A stretch of 64,000 nucleotides of DNA from Takakia lepidozioides (GCA_030704615.1 CM060731.1:43648001-43712000), one strand, 5' to 3'. Counted from the stretch's first letter, positions 24,150-37,330 are shown. The notes: a model not told the origin generated them from the sequence alone. A program made the numbers and translations.

Positions 24150-25842
24150 ATGGAAGTGAAGGTCCTATCAAAAACCATGGTGGTTCCCACGCCACGGCCT
24201 CACGAGAGCCGGGAGTTGCAGCGGCTCCCACTTACCAGCTTCGATGTCCGCATGATTCAGTATCCTCCCCTCAGATTCGTGCTCCTGTTCGAGGCAAGCG
24301 CTCAAGAAGACCTCATTGTGGAGCAGTTCAATGAAAGACTAAGGGAGAGTCTCTCAAGAGCGCTGGCAGACTACTAGCCATCATCCACCCTGCTGTAGCA
24401 CCGACAACATGGTGGCTACAGCACCATGTATGCAATTGTTAAAGTCTGTCATGCAGCTTTGACGGTAGAGGCTTCTGGAAACTAGATAACGACGTTGGGA
24501 GACCTTGGCATTTCAAGCAGGCCGGTTCGTGCAAGACGAAGACGGGCAGACAGCCGTGGACTGTAACGACGCAGGGGTGGAGTTTGTTGAGGCTTCAGCT
24601 CCCATCACTGTACGGGAGCTAAGTGACTACAACATGGCTGACATGTATCCACACTTTGCCCAACCGATCCCCTTCAATCGTGAGGACTTTGGTACCTGGC
24701 ATACCCGCGGCCCTCTTTTTGGCGCCCAGGTCAGCAAGCTTCATATATCTCTGTGTCATTATATTTCAGGTGTGAAGGTGACGATCACATGTCAGGTGTA
24801 GCAATAGTAGCTTTTTTGAGGCCAGATACGCCCCAATTCGAACGAGTGTCTGACTGACATCGATTCCCTTTGAAACACGCAGATCACTCATCTCAAGTGT
24901 GGCGGCTATGTAGTTGGTTATGTTTACTTCCATGGAATCGTAGATGGAATGATGCTCCGGCAATTTATCAAGTCATGGGCAGAGGTCGCCAGTGGGGAAC
25001 CAATCTCCCTTCTTCCCGATTTTAGCTCGCGAGCGAACGTAATCAAATTGGCATCGGAGTCAGACAACTCGGATTGTCCAACAGAAAATGCTCTTCCGGC
25101 TTGTATTAAGAGATTACCGTTGTCGGTTAATCCTAAGTTTCTTTCCGTGGAGGATTCAAAGGATACCCATGCGACTGCCCTGGACTCTTTGCACATTTTG
25201 TTTGATCTACCGATGCAAAAGAAGCTCAAAGAGAAAGCAGTGGAGGGTTCACCACATGGGCCCACGTTCCGTACTTATATCATGATCTCTGCACATGTCT
25301 GGAGGGCCCTTACCCGGGCTCGATTGCTTGCAGATACGGAGGAAACTCGATACTTCAATAACGTCGATTGCAGGAAACGTTGGCCAGAGCTCCCTCAGAA
25401 TTATTTCGGAAATGCAATTCTTGACGCGGTGGCAGTCACCACCGCGAAAGAGCTTCTGGGAAATGGAATCTCATATGCTGCAAACCTGCTGCACAAGGCG
25501 ATCGATTTCACCGCTCAACACATCAAATCTGTCTTGACCGCAATGGAGAAAGAAAAAAAGGAATGGATCTTTGTGGGTGATTTCCGACCTTTCGCTGATG
25601 TGAGCACAGCTGTTTCAACTCGATTCCCAAGTCATTTTGACTTCGGATTGGGCCCGGCTTTTGCCAATAGGGCCGCTATGGCCAAGACGCAGGTTCCTTC
25701 TCCGAAGATCGCCTTTAGAGCAAAGCACAGCGATGGTAGTATACAGATAGAGTTCAACCTGCCCCACGATGCCGCAACGAGACTGCAGGAAGACCCAGAC
25801 TTCATGTCTTGTATATCATCTCTCACCGCTGTCGCGCTTTGA
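24150..25842 (+). pseudogene. BAHD acyltransferase interrupted by a 133 bp insertion in exon 1
   Basis: LRESLSRALADY [TAG, insertion 24375-24507] AFQAGRF...VDCNDAGVEFVEA...PLFGAQ, conserved Q-intron 24730-24882, then HGIVDG (HxxxD), NYFGNA and DFGLG (DFGWG variant). Stop at 25840-25842. Confidence 0.85.
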
Positions 25843-25909
25843 TAGCGATTTATGCACAAACAAGCGCACGTTCTCCGTGTCCGGTCAGTTAGGCAGCTCC
25901 TTTTCTAGT

Positions 25910-26075
25910 TGATCATGTCCTCAACCAATGTAACCCCTGTGCATGTCACCCCGATCAATCATGTCCCCAAGCCCATATAACCCCAAATTGTGTCACCCCA
26001 CTTTCCATGTCACCCCATCCCATCCATATTGTGTCACCCTGCCCGTGTCACCCCATGCTGGCGTCACTCTCACCT
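25910..26075. repeat. Degenerate CATGTCACCCC-like array
   Basis: catgtcacccc/tgtgtcaccc repeated about 8 times. Same motif as 10805-11045. Confidence 0.75.
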
Positions 26076-27547
26076 ATTAGGGCAAAGGTGGGAACAAGCA
26101 GCGTGACAATTGTCATCCATTCTGAATTCAAGCAGGGGTTCTACGAATGGGATGCCACTAGAGTGAGGCTGGAGTGACAGGAGTGATCAAATGTCATACA
26201 ATGGCCCAGTTCATTTTCAGGATCGATGTGCGTACCCATATGGTATTTCATTTGGAGTTTATCCTGCAGCGGCCCAAAAAGGGACTGTAAATTAGCCACA
26301 AATCATCATAGATGGTTCATGGCTCCCCAAGCCAAAGAATATCAAACAGCGGTTGAATATGATTTGTTTCACAAATGTCCATTGAGACACCTATCATCCA
26401 TGGCCTCACACTTTTCAAACTTCAGAGGGTGAAAGGAAAAGAGGACCCAGTTTTATGTTCAAGATCGGAAATACCATGACTTTGGAGACTGACAACACCA
26501 ACTGTTGCAACTGTTGTGTGTGTTGTGTAATTACTTGTGCTCGCAAGAGTCAATGTTTAAGACTATCCTGTTTCATATCAACACTGAGACAAGGGGTATG
26601 CGAAATGACAAGTAGGGTTAGGCTAAATTGTGACAGTTTTCTTGAAGCATCCACATGTCATTTCTGGAAATATGGAATGATCCCCAACTCTGCGTCTTTG
26701 TGCAACCTTGAAAAGACATGTATAATCACTTGTGTACGACCCTCCGAAATTCTGTTGCTTTCCGTTGATGAGCGGTTTTGGACAATGAGAGGATACTTTA
26801 GGTGCGTCCTTTGGGTCAAGAGACACCATAACTTACACTTCCTTCAGGAGGCGTCATATATTATTATTATTAGGTTCGTCCTTTTCAATCTCATACGACT
26901 GAGTACGCCTATCAAGTGGACTATAGTAGCAGGAGGTTGGATAGTCCCTGCTCACACATTTGTGCGTCACCTCATGTAAGCAAAAGAGGAAATGTCACAT
27001 ATTCCAAGAATATTCTGGGAAAAATGCTTTAGCGAAACTAAAATGTGAAATTTGTGCTCACATGAGCACAAGCCACGCGAAATTGGGGCATAGGGGGAAA
27101 AAACGAAAAAGGCAGGGGGGATTTCCCGTCAATGCCATCTCCATCAACAATATTCTTTAATTAATAGTTGCATATTTAATCGTGTTCAGTTGACGCTCGT
27201 AAGAATCACTAATGTGACACAATTCATTTTGTTCCGCCCACGAAATCATGGGTAATGACCTAGTACCGCAATAACCATGTAACAATTTGTTAGCGAAATA
27301 TAACAACCTCACGTCGTCCCTTACCTTGATTTATTTCGCTGGCGAAACTCGTTGTTTGCCTCATTAAATTAAATTGTTCTATTATCATTTGGTATTTGTG
27401 CGTTTGGGATGGTCGGTGTTGGTTATTGTGACTTTGTTTTACCCTAATGTGTTATATATTTGTAGGATACCAAAGCTGTAAATATTTGGAACTTGGAGCT
27501 TGTAGATATACATTAGGGGTGCCTATTTCGAATTAGTGTTTAGGGTT

Positions 27548-27583
27548 TAGGGACAGAAATAGGGACAGAAATAGGCACAGAAA
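27548..27583. repeat. 12 bp tandem repeat x3
   Basis: (taggg/cacagaaa) repeated three times. Confidence 0.7.
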
Positions 27584-29374
27584 CCCCTATTTGGCGTGTA
27601 GGAATCCTATTTGCGTGCATTCTATTTCCGTGGAAACATGGGTAACTTATTGCCATGTTTTTGTCCATTTTTTTGTGCTCGAATCAGCCATGCTCATCGG
27701 TGATGGCATTCCAAATTTACACATTTACATGCATCTTTGTAGTTGAATACCTACTTTGAGTCGCTGGCCATGTACAACTGTTTCATTTGAAGTTGGTATT
27801 GTTTCCTTAGCAAAGGACTAGCATTTAGGGTACAAAGACATTTTCCAATGCTCTCTGGCGTCCAATACATAAGGTATCGAAGAACGATCACCCATTCTTG
27901 TCTTCCACATAAAAGAGAGCATGCACAACCGGCACGAATACAATGCCCATGGAATGTTGTTATTTATATGATTGCAGAGCATAGGTGCAAGGACAGAGCT
28001 GCCAGTCATGTTACAGGGAACAACGTGGACACAAGTTTGTTCGGACCCCAAAATGTCTAAAATGTCAAGACTAAGCTTTCTGTCCATCATAAAATGCAGC
28101 TATGTTGCCCCCACTCCAGTAGGTTCAGATAGCAATAAATATAATGCCTCTCCAACCACGTTTGTGAACAAAACATCCCACCAAGAATGAGAATATTGAC
28201 TGTGGCAATGCCAATTCAAAACGACACATCCCTCAAAAGCACCCGCCACTTTTTCCCGCCCTACTGTCATGTGGGTGGAGGCTACCAATCAGAGACATTG
28301 CCTCCACTTCATGCATGTGTTGTCCATACATGTGGACCAATGCGCACCTCAGCGGATGGTGGAATCAGTATCCCTTTGCTCCTCAAGATGCATGTGCCCA
28401 TCCGAAATCGTGCAGCACATGACTTACCCCCTCCAAAAGTCATGTTCTCCAGCCTCACCGAACACATACTCTCCCCACACGACACTGCCATTCAGCACTC
28501 CCAAACTCGTTGAGTTTCCTCAGATCCCCCATTGCCTCGTCGCACTCTCCCTCACCCATTTGCCTGGCCTTGCTGCCTCTTTCACTTCCGCCTCTCGCAC
28601 TTAGCAATGTCGAGACGTTCAAGAAGGAGTAGGCAGCTCCTGGCTGCAAGAGGAAGCTTTTGTTGATGTCGACACTCACAAGGAGTTGGTAGGAAATATT
28701 ACTGGCATCGTGGGGACTTGCATCTCTGGATTGGAAGCGTTGGTGGATTGGTCAAAACCCACAGCAGGGGATATCATTCTTACAGCACATGTATCTGCAG
28801 GTAGAGTGGGCTGGTCTGGCTTTTACGATGACACCAACAGTGCAGCTGCAAAACAGCCTAACACCGTTGTACTCAGGTCAAGATTCATGTGTGCTCCTAA
28901 CGAAGAGTGGGGGCCACATGCTTTGGGCTTGGACCCTTCGAAGGAGAACGAGTGTTTTCATATTCTTACCTTGTTTCAATGGGTGGATGAAGGCTGGGAC
29001 TGCATTAAACTGCTGGATGAACTTCCTTCCCCCATCATGCGCAAGCTTCAGAAGGATTGCAGACCTAAAAAACCTTGGACCAGGGCTGGTGACATTTGCC
29101 TAACTATTCAGGATGCCAAAAAACAGATTGTCACAACAATCTTTCCATGTATTCATGTCCAATGTGTACTCCCAGCATTCATGGTTTTCATTTTGCGCAC
29201 ACATGGTTTGAAGGTTCTCCCACCTTACTTGCACATGCACGGGTTCATGCACTTGCATATATTCTGAAGTAGGTGCAGCAGGTGGAGTTGAAAGTGAATG
29301 ACACATGCTGGGAGTTGTTGGAATCACTCAGTGTTGGGGTTTTCTCATCAGTGAGCAACCCTATTTAGGACCAT

Positions 29375-30930
29375 ACTCCTGACACCTCTGTTCACCAACA
29401 TTGAAAATCAGGAGGCTCAGCCTAAAGCCCTGCTCCTCTTGGGGTATACATCAGATGGATGCTTGTGCGGAGGGATTTCTGAAGGAAATCTGGAAAGCCT
29501 GAACAATTTCCTGAACCAATTTTATGTACCAACATAAGTCTCACTACTGGATTAACCCCTCACAAATGTAGGTCTATCGCCTCTTCTACTGCCCAACCAT
29601 GGATGCGGGGTCTATGGCCACGACGCTATGGCAAACAACGTCTCGTGAGTACTCAGGACCAGCAAGAACATAGTCTCTCCCTGCGCCTCTGTTCACCAAT
29701 TTTCAACCACTTTCACAAACTTTGTCGAGGTTGAGCCTAAAGCCCTGGCCATGTTGGGGTCTGATTGTTGGGCAGGTCATACTCAGCAGATTCATGCATG
29801 TGTGAAGGACTTTCTAGAGGAATGAAAGAAAGCCTGAACAATGTCGAACATAGTCTCTCCGTGTAGCTCTGTCACCAACTTTCAGGAGGTTTAAGAAACT
29901 ACGATCCAGGCTGAGTCTAAAACCCTGGCCATGTGGGGGTCTGATTGCTGGGCAGGTCACCCTCAGCAGGTTGATGCATGTGTGAAGGACTTTCTACAGG
30001 AATGAACCAAAGTTTCAACAATCTCCTCAACCAATTTTTGTATACCAACATAAGTCCCACTATTGGACTGAACCCCGCACGAAGGTACGTCTATCGCCTC
30101 TTCTTCTGCCCAAGAATGGATGCGAGAATGGATGGAGCAGCCCAAATTTCCAAGAGGGGGGGTGGCAAATGATCTGGTGTCTATGTGGGTGTGAAGCAGT
30201 GGGAGCTGGGGGGGCAGCGATACAGCATTGGGAGGGGATCATGGGCTTGCCCCAGGCAAGAGGGCCATGCAACCAATTTAGCTACCACATGACCACTGGT
30301 TGAAATAGGTAGTTAGTAGAGAGAGAGAGTGAGAAGGAGAGTAGAGATACATGAGCTAAAGGTGTTGTGGAACGTGGGTGGGTGGTTGAATGTGTGGGCA
30401 ACAGCATCCACAGATGCTGTAAACTGCAGGGAGAGGGGACTGTAGTACCAGTAGTTAGTGGCGTAGACGCTAGGGAACACACAGGGCAGACTGTAGATTG
30501 AAGATGAGCAAGAGGGTCCTCTATATGAGAGGGTAGTATGGGTTTGGTCTGGTGGTGTTAACAGTGGTGGGACAGCATACAATCTCACATCATCTAGCGT
30601 AGTCTGGCCGGTCCGTTGGAAGGGGGTTGGGCAAAACTTGGTCAGCTGCAAGTCACCCCCATCAGGTTGATGCATGTATGAAGGACTTGCTAGAGGAATG
30701 AGAAAGCTGCAACAATCTCCTGAACCAATTTTGTATACCAACATAAGTCCCACAACTGGACTGAACCCCTCACGAAGGTAGGTCTATCGCCTCTTCTTTT
30801 GCCCAAGAATGGATGCGGATACCGAGCCTTAAGCCCTGGCCATGTTGGGGTCTGATTGCTGGGCGGGGCACACTCAGCAGATTCATGCATGTGTGAAGGA
30901 CTTTCTAGAGGAATGAAGGAAAGCCTGAAC
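29375..30930 (+). repeat. Head-to-tail array of at least 5 partial LINE 3'-end copies, same family as 4154-5336
   Basis: Units near 29375-29652, 29685-29845, 29865-30125, 30660-30820 and 30822-30930 share ctgagcctaaagccctgg, gatgcatgtgtgaaggactttctagagg and gtaccaacataagtc, homologous to 5055-5336. Confidence 0.82.
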
Positions 30931-30987
30931 CAAGAGTCTTCAACTCATACCAACTCTGAGAGAAGTAATTGTTACAACATGCATGTA

Positions 30988-32200
30988 CTATATGATGTCG
31001 CGTTTGGGATCACAAATCATTCTGTTCAAGAAGATAAAATAAAGATGCTTGCAGGGTACAAATTTGCCTCTCTTTCCCAAACTTGTTGAAAGCATGCCAA
31101 CAAAATCAGGACAGGTGCAGTTGGGGAAACTTGAAACTGTGATGTCATAGAATCCGTCATGGATAGCAGATGTAGAGGTCATCATAGTGTAGATCCGACC
31201 ATACCCGGGATCTGCAACTTCCGTAGTGCCTGCAACACGTCCTAGAAGCATTCGAGCGGATTCCACCTTGCCGAAGTGCTCGGCAGTTGGAGGGAAAAAT
31301 TTTGTAGTGATGGACTGAATCATAACCAGAACCCCCCCATCCGACATAAACAATTTGCAAAATGAGAAGACCCACCGCCAGTACCTTTCGTCAAATGCAT
31401 TCCAGGTTGGGCAAGTGTCAGTGGGGAGAATGTCTGGTACCGCCTGCCCGTCCGGAATGTCAACAATCACCATGTCTGCAACACACGGTTTCTGAGCACC
31501 ATTCACCCAATCTCGCCCCGACAAAACCTGCAAACAACGCCGACCAAACTTGAAAATCACATGGAAGATGGGAAATATGCAACAGTAAAGGTGGGAATTT
31601 TATAGCAGTGAAGATGAGAGAGTTGCTTACCGACTCAAGAAAAGCACTCATCTTAACCCACGTTGGAGAGGGATCTCCAGTGTAACCACCTTTCCTGGTC
31701 TCCATTTTCAATGACATCATTGCAGGCTTGCAAGGGCCAGCCCTTGCCGTCCAGGAACAGGAAGGTACAGTGCATGTGGATAACACGAGAAAGACCTGGA
31801 CGACGATTTCTCATGTGAGTAAGTTGAAATTGTGTATGAATCTTAGTTCTCGAACAGAACCCCCCACCATTCCCTTTTCTTCTATGTTCGCTAATGCATT
31901 GCGTTCACGTTGGTTTTCAGGATATTGGAAGCTATCTCTTTGCACAACGTCAGTGTTTTTCAGTCTGACTTCTGGTGCAGCCCTCCACGTTCGTACATCC
32001 TGCCAGAGTACGCTGAGGCCATTGCTCGACAACAGTTGATGAACAAATCTCCTTCGTGTGCTCGGAAGCAGAAAAGGCACCTAGGAGCTCGGGTTTTCGT
32101 GTCTGATAGTGCCACAGTTTCGGGGGATAGTTGTAGTGATTGAGACCATGCGTCAATGTAGTCCGGTTTTGGTTCGGGGCATATGGCAACTGCCAGACCT
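30988..32200 (-). pseudogene. Transposon cargo ORF remnant: amino-methyltransferase-like segment joined to a SWIM zinc finger
   Basis: The SWIM is clear: YDITVSSFPNCTCPDF...FVPCKHLYFIF (CxC-xn-CxH). The upstream DMVIVDIPDG...PTWN...VFSFCKLFMSDGGVLVMI resembles N6/N4-MTase motif IV and following strands, but this part is tentative. Confidence 0.6.
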
Positions 32201-34199
32201 ATTGTGTTCCAACACATTTATCTAATACAATGCCTGCACACGCATGTGTGTTCCTGGTAATGTAGTTGAATGCTCGTTCCTCAAGTTCAAGGCTTGTATG
32301 CATTTGCAAATATGACTTCATTTTGTATTTATGTCTTCACTTAGTCATTTTGAGCACACGTTTTAGTTGCAAGCCTTATGGCTGCATTATGTATGCACTA
32401 TTGGCTTCAGCGCTACATGAAGGGCATGACATTGATGCCTACAATTGGTTATGGGTCAAACAAGAACCTCGAACTCCTCATGCACAACTTTAATGGGTAT
32501 GCTTACAACTAATGAATAAGCTTGAAAATGTTGGTGCTCTATCGATAGATATTAGCACATTGTACCTCACTAGCAAGGCGACCAGGTCACATTGATAGTC
32601 CACAGCCACTTCAGTGTGGACATATGGTGCGTTCCTCCAGTGTGGTACTCAAATGGCTCACTATATGTCGACATTGAAGAGGAAAACAAAAGTGAAGCGT
32701 GCTGCACATGGAATATGCTCCAGTAACCAGTGGGAAAATATCAAAGAATGGAATATGTGCCTGGCATCTGCTGTGTTGTCTTATTCTACATAGGTTTCAT
32801 AGGTCGACCTTTCCCCATATGGCAGACATTGGTTAAATCTTATCATGTGCTTCATGAGGGATTCTCTCATTGCTCATTCATCCTCTCTCATTCATCCATT
32901 GGATTTCATCCATATTCATCCATAACTACTCATCTACATCCATCCTCATTCGCAGCGTGGCATCCACATTCACTGTCTATCATCCTCATTAATTCATCCA
33001 CAACCATTGTATATTCGGTCTCTGCAAACATAATCATTCAACAACATCGCCCACATATGTTCCCTTTGAGCCGAATGCGCAATTCCGCGGCTATGGGCCC
33101 CCTTCTACCTTTTCGGCCCTCGATTATAGGTCGCTGCCTATGGAAATGACGTCAACCTGCCGTGACGTGGCATCTACCAAGCTGGCAGGGTGTGATGACG
33201 TGGAGTCAGACGCGGCCGCCTAGGTGGCAAGAACTGCCGATGTGGCGTGAGCGTCGCTGCGCTCACGTGCTCACGTGCTCATGCTCACATGCGCACGCTT
33301 CAGCACTCCCCCCCAGCTACCAGTGCTTGTCAACATATACTTGTTGAAACAGTCCTAGTCTTCAGTATTGGGCATTATGTCACTGCACAATACATGTGAG
33401 CAAGGAAACGGAACAGTAATGTGGCACTGTGAAGTGAGTGTGAGCAGATTGTGGGGCAACGGGGATCCCATTGGCTGCCATCATGTTGAACAGCATGCCC
33501 TTGAATCGAAAACATTAGAGAGAAGGAAGAGACATCCTGAAATAGCATGCCCCAATGTAGAGAAGGGCTGACTGGGGGTAGGAAAGAGGGACTGAAGCAA
33601 ACATGCAAAACAAAGCAGAGAACGTGCACTGACGGTCGGAAATGTGCTATCTTAGAAGAATAAGACACAATTGTTGGAAGCAAAGGACCACAAAAATCAA
33701 CGCAGAAAGGTAGACAATTACTAAATAATACTTTCTGTAGCCAATTGTATCCAATGTCACAACGCTTTGCCGACTTTCTTGGCTCGTTTACACCGTCTGC
33801 GTGAGAGGGGAGCTGGAGTGGTGGGCACAGGGAGGACAGGGCTGCTGCAATCTCCAACTTTGCGTGGGGTTTGGGCACTGCATATGGAGGCTCGTGCGAT
33901 GGGTGACCGTCAAGCTCGTGCAAAATCATGTCTTGAAGTTCATATCTTTTCTCGCGCACGGCCTCAGTAGGGAACCACTCTGATGTGAGCTGCAAAGAAA
34001 GAAGAACAAAGAATGCAAAAGCAAACAATGAACAAGCAATGATCATTGTTAGAAATTCATACAATTTTCGTAAGGATATTCATGTTCGTTCTACTTGATA
34101 CATGGATTCAGCACATTGCGCGAGCACATGAACGTCCACAACTAAAACAGGCAGCAAATGATCATGTAAACCACGAGCAGCTGCCTCTTACCGGGCCTG

Positions 34200-34960
34200 C
34201 ACCACCAGGTTTTGGATTCAAGTACGTTTGCACTAAGTACAGCTCAATGTAATGAGCTACAAACAGACCACATTGCCATGTGTTGGCCTGCTGTGGAACA
34301 GGCGGGCAGAACCACCGCTTGAGGTCAGTCGCATCCTTCCACTGGGGGCTTCTTGGGCTGATTCCTCTGACCATGGCCCAGAAGTAGCAAACAATGGCTT
34401 GAAAGCACGGTACTTGTGCAAACTTATGCTATTCAAGTGAAGGTAGCGAGACGGTTCCAAGATAACCAGACTCCAATGGTCACTGCACAGGGGGGCAACA
34501 ATAGCAGGTTAGTCCACATGTAGCAATGGAGCACGACCTTCTTCAAAGGTACGGCAACAAGAAGGTATAAATGCATACACATTGTACTCACTTGCATAAA
34601 ATTGGCACAATAAGGGCTTCAACACCCTCACTCCTGAAGAAGGGGAACCGTCTTTGCATCCAAATCCGCACAGAGTCGACTTGATTTGCCTGCTTTGCAC
34701 AATGATCGCGAAGGCATATCCATGTGAAGCTATCTACAACACGGATTTTATTGCACACATGTTCAGGAAGAGAAAGTATTTTAACTGACACCCAGAAGTC
34801 CATCAGACAGTCACTAATCCACCCCCTTGCAGAGAGCAAGTCATCTGCATCTTCTAGTCTAAGAGGAACTTGCGAAACCCGAGAGCCCTTCGAAAACCAT
34901 ATGTCATGTGTTTTTGCCACCACTGCACCACTGGCCCGCCTGCAAAAAAGGCACATACCT
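34200..34960 (-). pseudogene. Ulp1/C48 SUMO-protease domain (transposon cargo), spliced and degenerate
   Basis: LLSARGWISDCLMDFW, IRVVDSFTW, LIVPILC | HWSLVILE...YLHLNS...VPQQANTWQCGLFVAHY. Catalytic H, Q and C are present and the D is replaced by N. Confidence 0.8.
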
Positions 34961-37039
34961 CATTGCTATGAGAATCTGCCCACATAATTATGCACATGCG
35001 GGCCACTTGCAAATTGTGGATGGAAGGTATACCATATCTTGCATGAAAAAGGGTGCATAGGCGTCGCAACTCACAATACGTTTTTGAGGCCTTCATGTAT
35101 CATGCACATCCAAGAGCCCAATATGTCAATGCATGTGCAACGTCGTACATACACCATTTCCAATCTGGAGAGGAGAGACCGTTAACATTAAAAAAAACCA
35201 CAGTGGCACTGGATACCTGGACATGGTTTTGTTGCGCTGCAATGCAAGTGTTGGTTGGGGCAACGCATCTTTTGCCTTGGTAGCAACCATGGTATGGATG
35301 GGCTTGGGTTTGGCAAAGGTGGCAGTGGTTGCATTTTTATTCAATGCCCGGACGTTGCCATGTACATCACCATGAAATCGTGTAGTAGCCTCTGTACTGT
35401 GAGGTGTATCAGCACCATTAAACAAGATTTGGTAAGGTTGCATGGGCGAAGGCAGTGCGAGAACCATCGCATTGGGGGTGGGAGGCTCTATCCCATGTTT
35501 AAGCACTGAGTAGCTGGGGTAACGGAAGATCCAACAGTGCTTACTGCATGTACAATAGTACCCTCATCAGTGGGACATCGCATATTAAGGGGTGGTGGAC
35601 TTTGGAACTCAGTTATGTCACAGAGGGTTTGTTCTGAAGTGAAAGAGGCCACAGGGGGAGGCGGTCGACACAATCCAGGAAATACCTGAGTGGCGCTTAG
35701 TTCCATTTCAAGTTGAGTCATGGGGACCTGGGTTGTGGCATTGTATGTCGCCACAAATTCTTCACAGAGGGATTGGTTTGGCTTGAGGGAGGACAGGATC
35801 CAACAGCACATGTTCGACCCACACATGTTTTGGCCTCCTCCAGAAGGGTGGAATTCCATGCCATGTTTATCAAGCCCACATGAGTGCCCCCATGTTCGTA
35901 TTTAGTACTCAGGTGAACGAGTGCGCTTGACTGCTGTTCAAGGACAACCGCCTCCTTATCTCTACACTTGGCATTGCAGAAACGTGCCTCATCCCTTGCG
36001 AGCCTCTCAATGTGGACCTCATGGAGGATTTGTCGGGCAGCCTCAAGTTTGTCATGTAGGCTGGATTCCCCGTAGTCAAGACAGCCTGCACACCAACATC
36101 GCATTGTGAAAATGTGGCCGTGACAGAAATGAAATGAGAACAACACCAGGACATTGTTAAGAACCACCGGAACTGAAATGCAGTAGCACGAACCGTGGTA
36201 AGGCAATACGCACCTGGTGGACAAGGAAGCCAGCCCTGTCGACATCCTCCCGATGCTTTCAAAATTTTGTTGAAGTCCTTCAAGGATTTTTTCTTACCCA
36301 CCCCCTGCACCATCAGTTGGTATACTCCCACACCACAATATTTTGAAGGCATAGATTCAGAACGGCGAGGTCACGCACAGCCCTGCATCGGACCTCGCGC
36401 ATGAACAATGCAGATCTTCAAAGGATTCGCAGTCCTCTTTCCGCACTCCCCCCCAAAAGGCCTGCAAGCCCTTCACCACCTGGGTTCGGGCTTCCTCGTA
36501 TGGGGGCATGCCTCTGTACAGGAAGTATCCCATCTGTAGGTGGGGAAAGTCTCACCCCTCATTTGTAATGGCACACTGGCCATCTTCTGTGTTGAGAAGA
36601 TGATTTCGGAGAGTTAACAAGATGGAGTTTCGGGGAATTGACATAGGTTTCATGTTGTGAACGTGAGACATCCAAACCAGACGGAACACCCTGCTGAAAA
36701 GCGGAATGTTTTGAGGTGGAGCATGGTGGCGAGCAGCCTGAAGAATGACCATCAACCTATAAGGTTCATCCTCAGAATGTGTGAACATATCGGGGGCAAC
36801 TCAGGGATCTCACCTGCTGCAATAATTGGTACAGAGGGACCAACCCCAAATTCCCTCCTGTTTCTCATCATATTGTTCTCTATCCCATTTTGCCATGTTG
36901 TCGTCAACAAACTGCCTTCTATGAGCCTCCAACTCAGATTGGGCTGCAATTCCTGTCATTTCGAAATCCAACAATGTCATGGCATACTTGTGATGTGCCA
37001 TCACCAGTTGGCATTCGGTTCGCTGATGTTGTAGCATTT

Positions 37040-37330
37040 CTAATAAACGAAATACTCAAGACGTTTATACTTGATACGAGAGTCTAAAACTTCGTCGACT
37101 TCATACTCAATTTCTTGGTTGACTTCGATTGGTGGAGGTGGTACGGAGACTCTCCCTGGAATTTCGATTGATGATACAACTCCATAATGAAACCATGAAA
37201 GATTGGATGGATGCGCAGACTTTCGTGGGAGTTCAAGCCGAAAACTGACCGGATTTATTTGTCGAATAATTTTGAATGGTCCCAGGCGTTGATAATCCAA
37301 CTTCCTTGATGGTCGCAAGGTTTGTACGTC
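37040..37330 (-). mobile_element. Ty3/gypsy chromovirus fragment (integrase C-terminal GPY/F module and start of chromodomain)
   Basis: RPSRKLDYQRLGPFKIIRQINPVSFRLELP...PPPPIEVNQEIEYEVDEVLDSRIKYKRLEYFV. Confidence 0.85.

Noticed and set aside
25864-25872. gcgcacgtt as a short left TIR for the 25.9-39.4 kb arm
   Set aside because: Only a 9 bp partial match, and the flank does not match ctccagaaa.
26100-26450. HxD motif (GTHIDPEN) suggesting a TET/JBP-like dioxygenase
   Set aside because: The frame has many stops and no distal H/R motif. Consistent with chance.
27052-27680. Palindrome ttgtgctc-acat-gagcacaa and a possible GAG..CTC (Sola-like) MITE
   Set aside because: Only 8 bp of TIR and no matching TSD.
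29375-30930. CRISPR-like or retrozyme (hammerhead) interpretation of the tandem array
   Set aside because: The units are long, variable LINE-derived segments with no repeat-spacer structure and no CTGAnGA...GAAA core.
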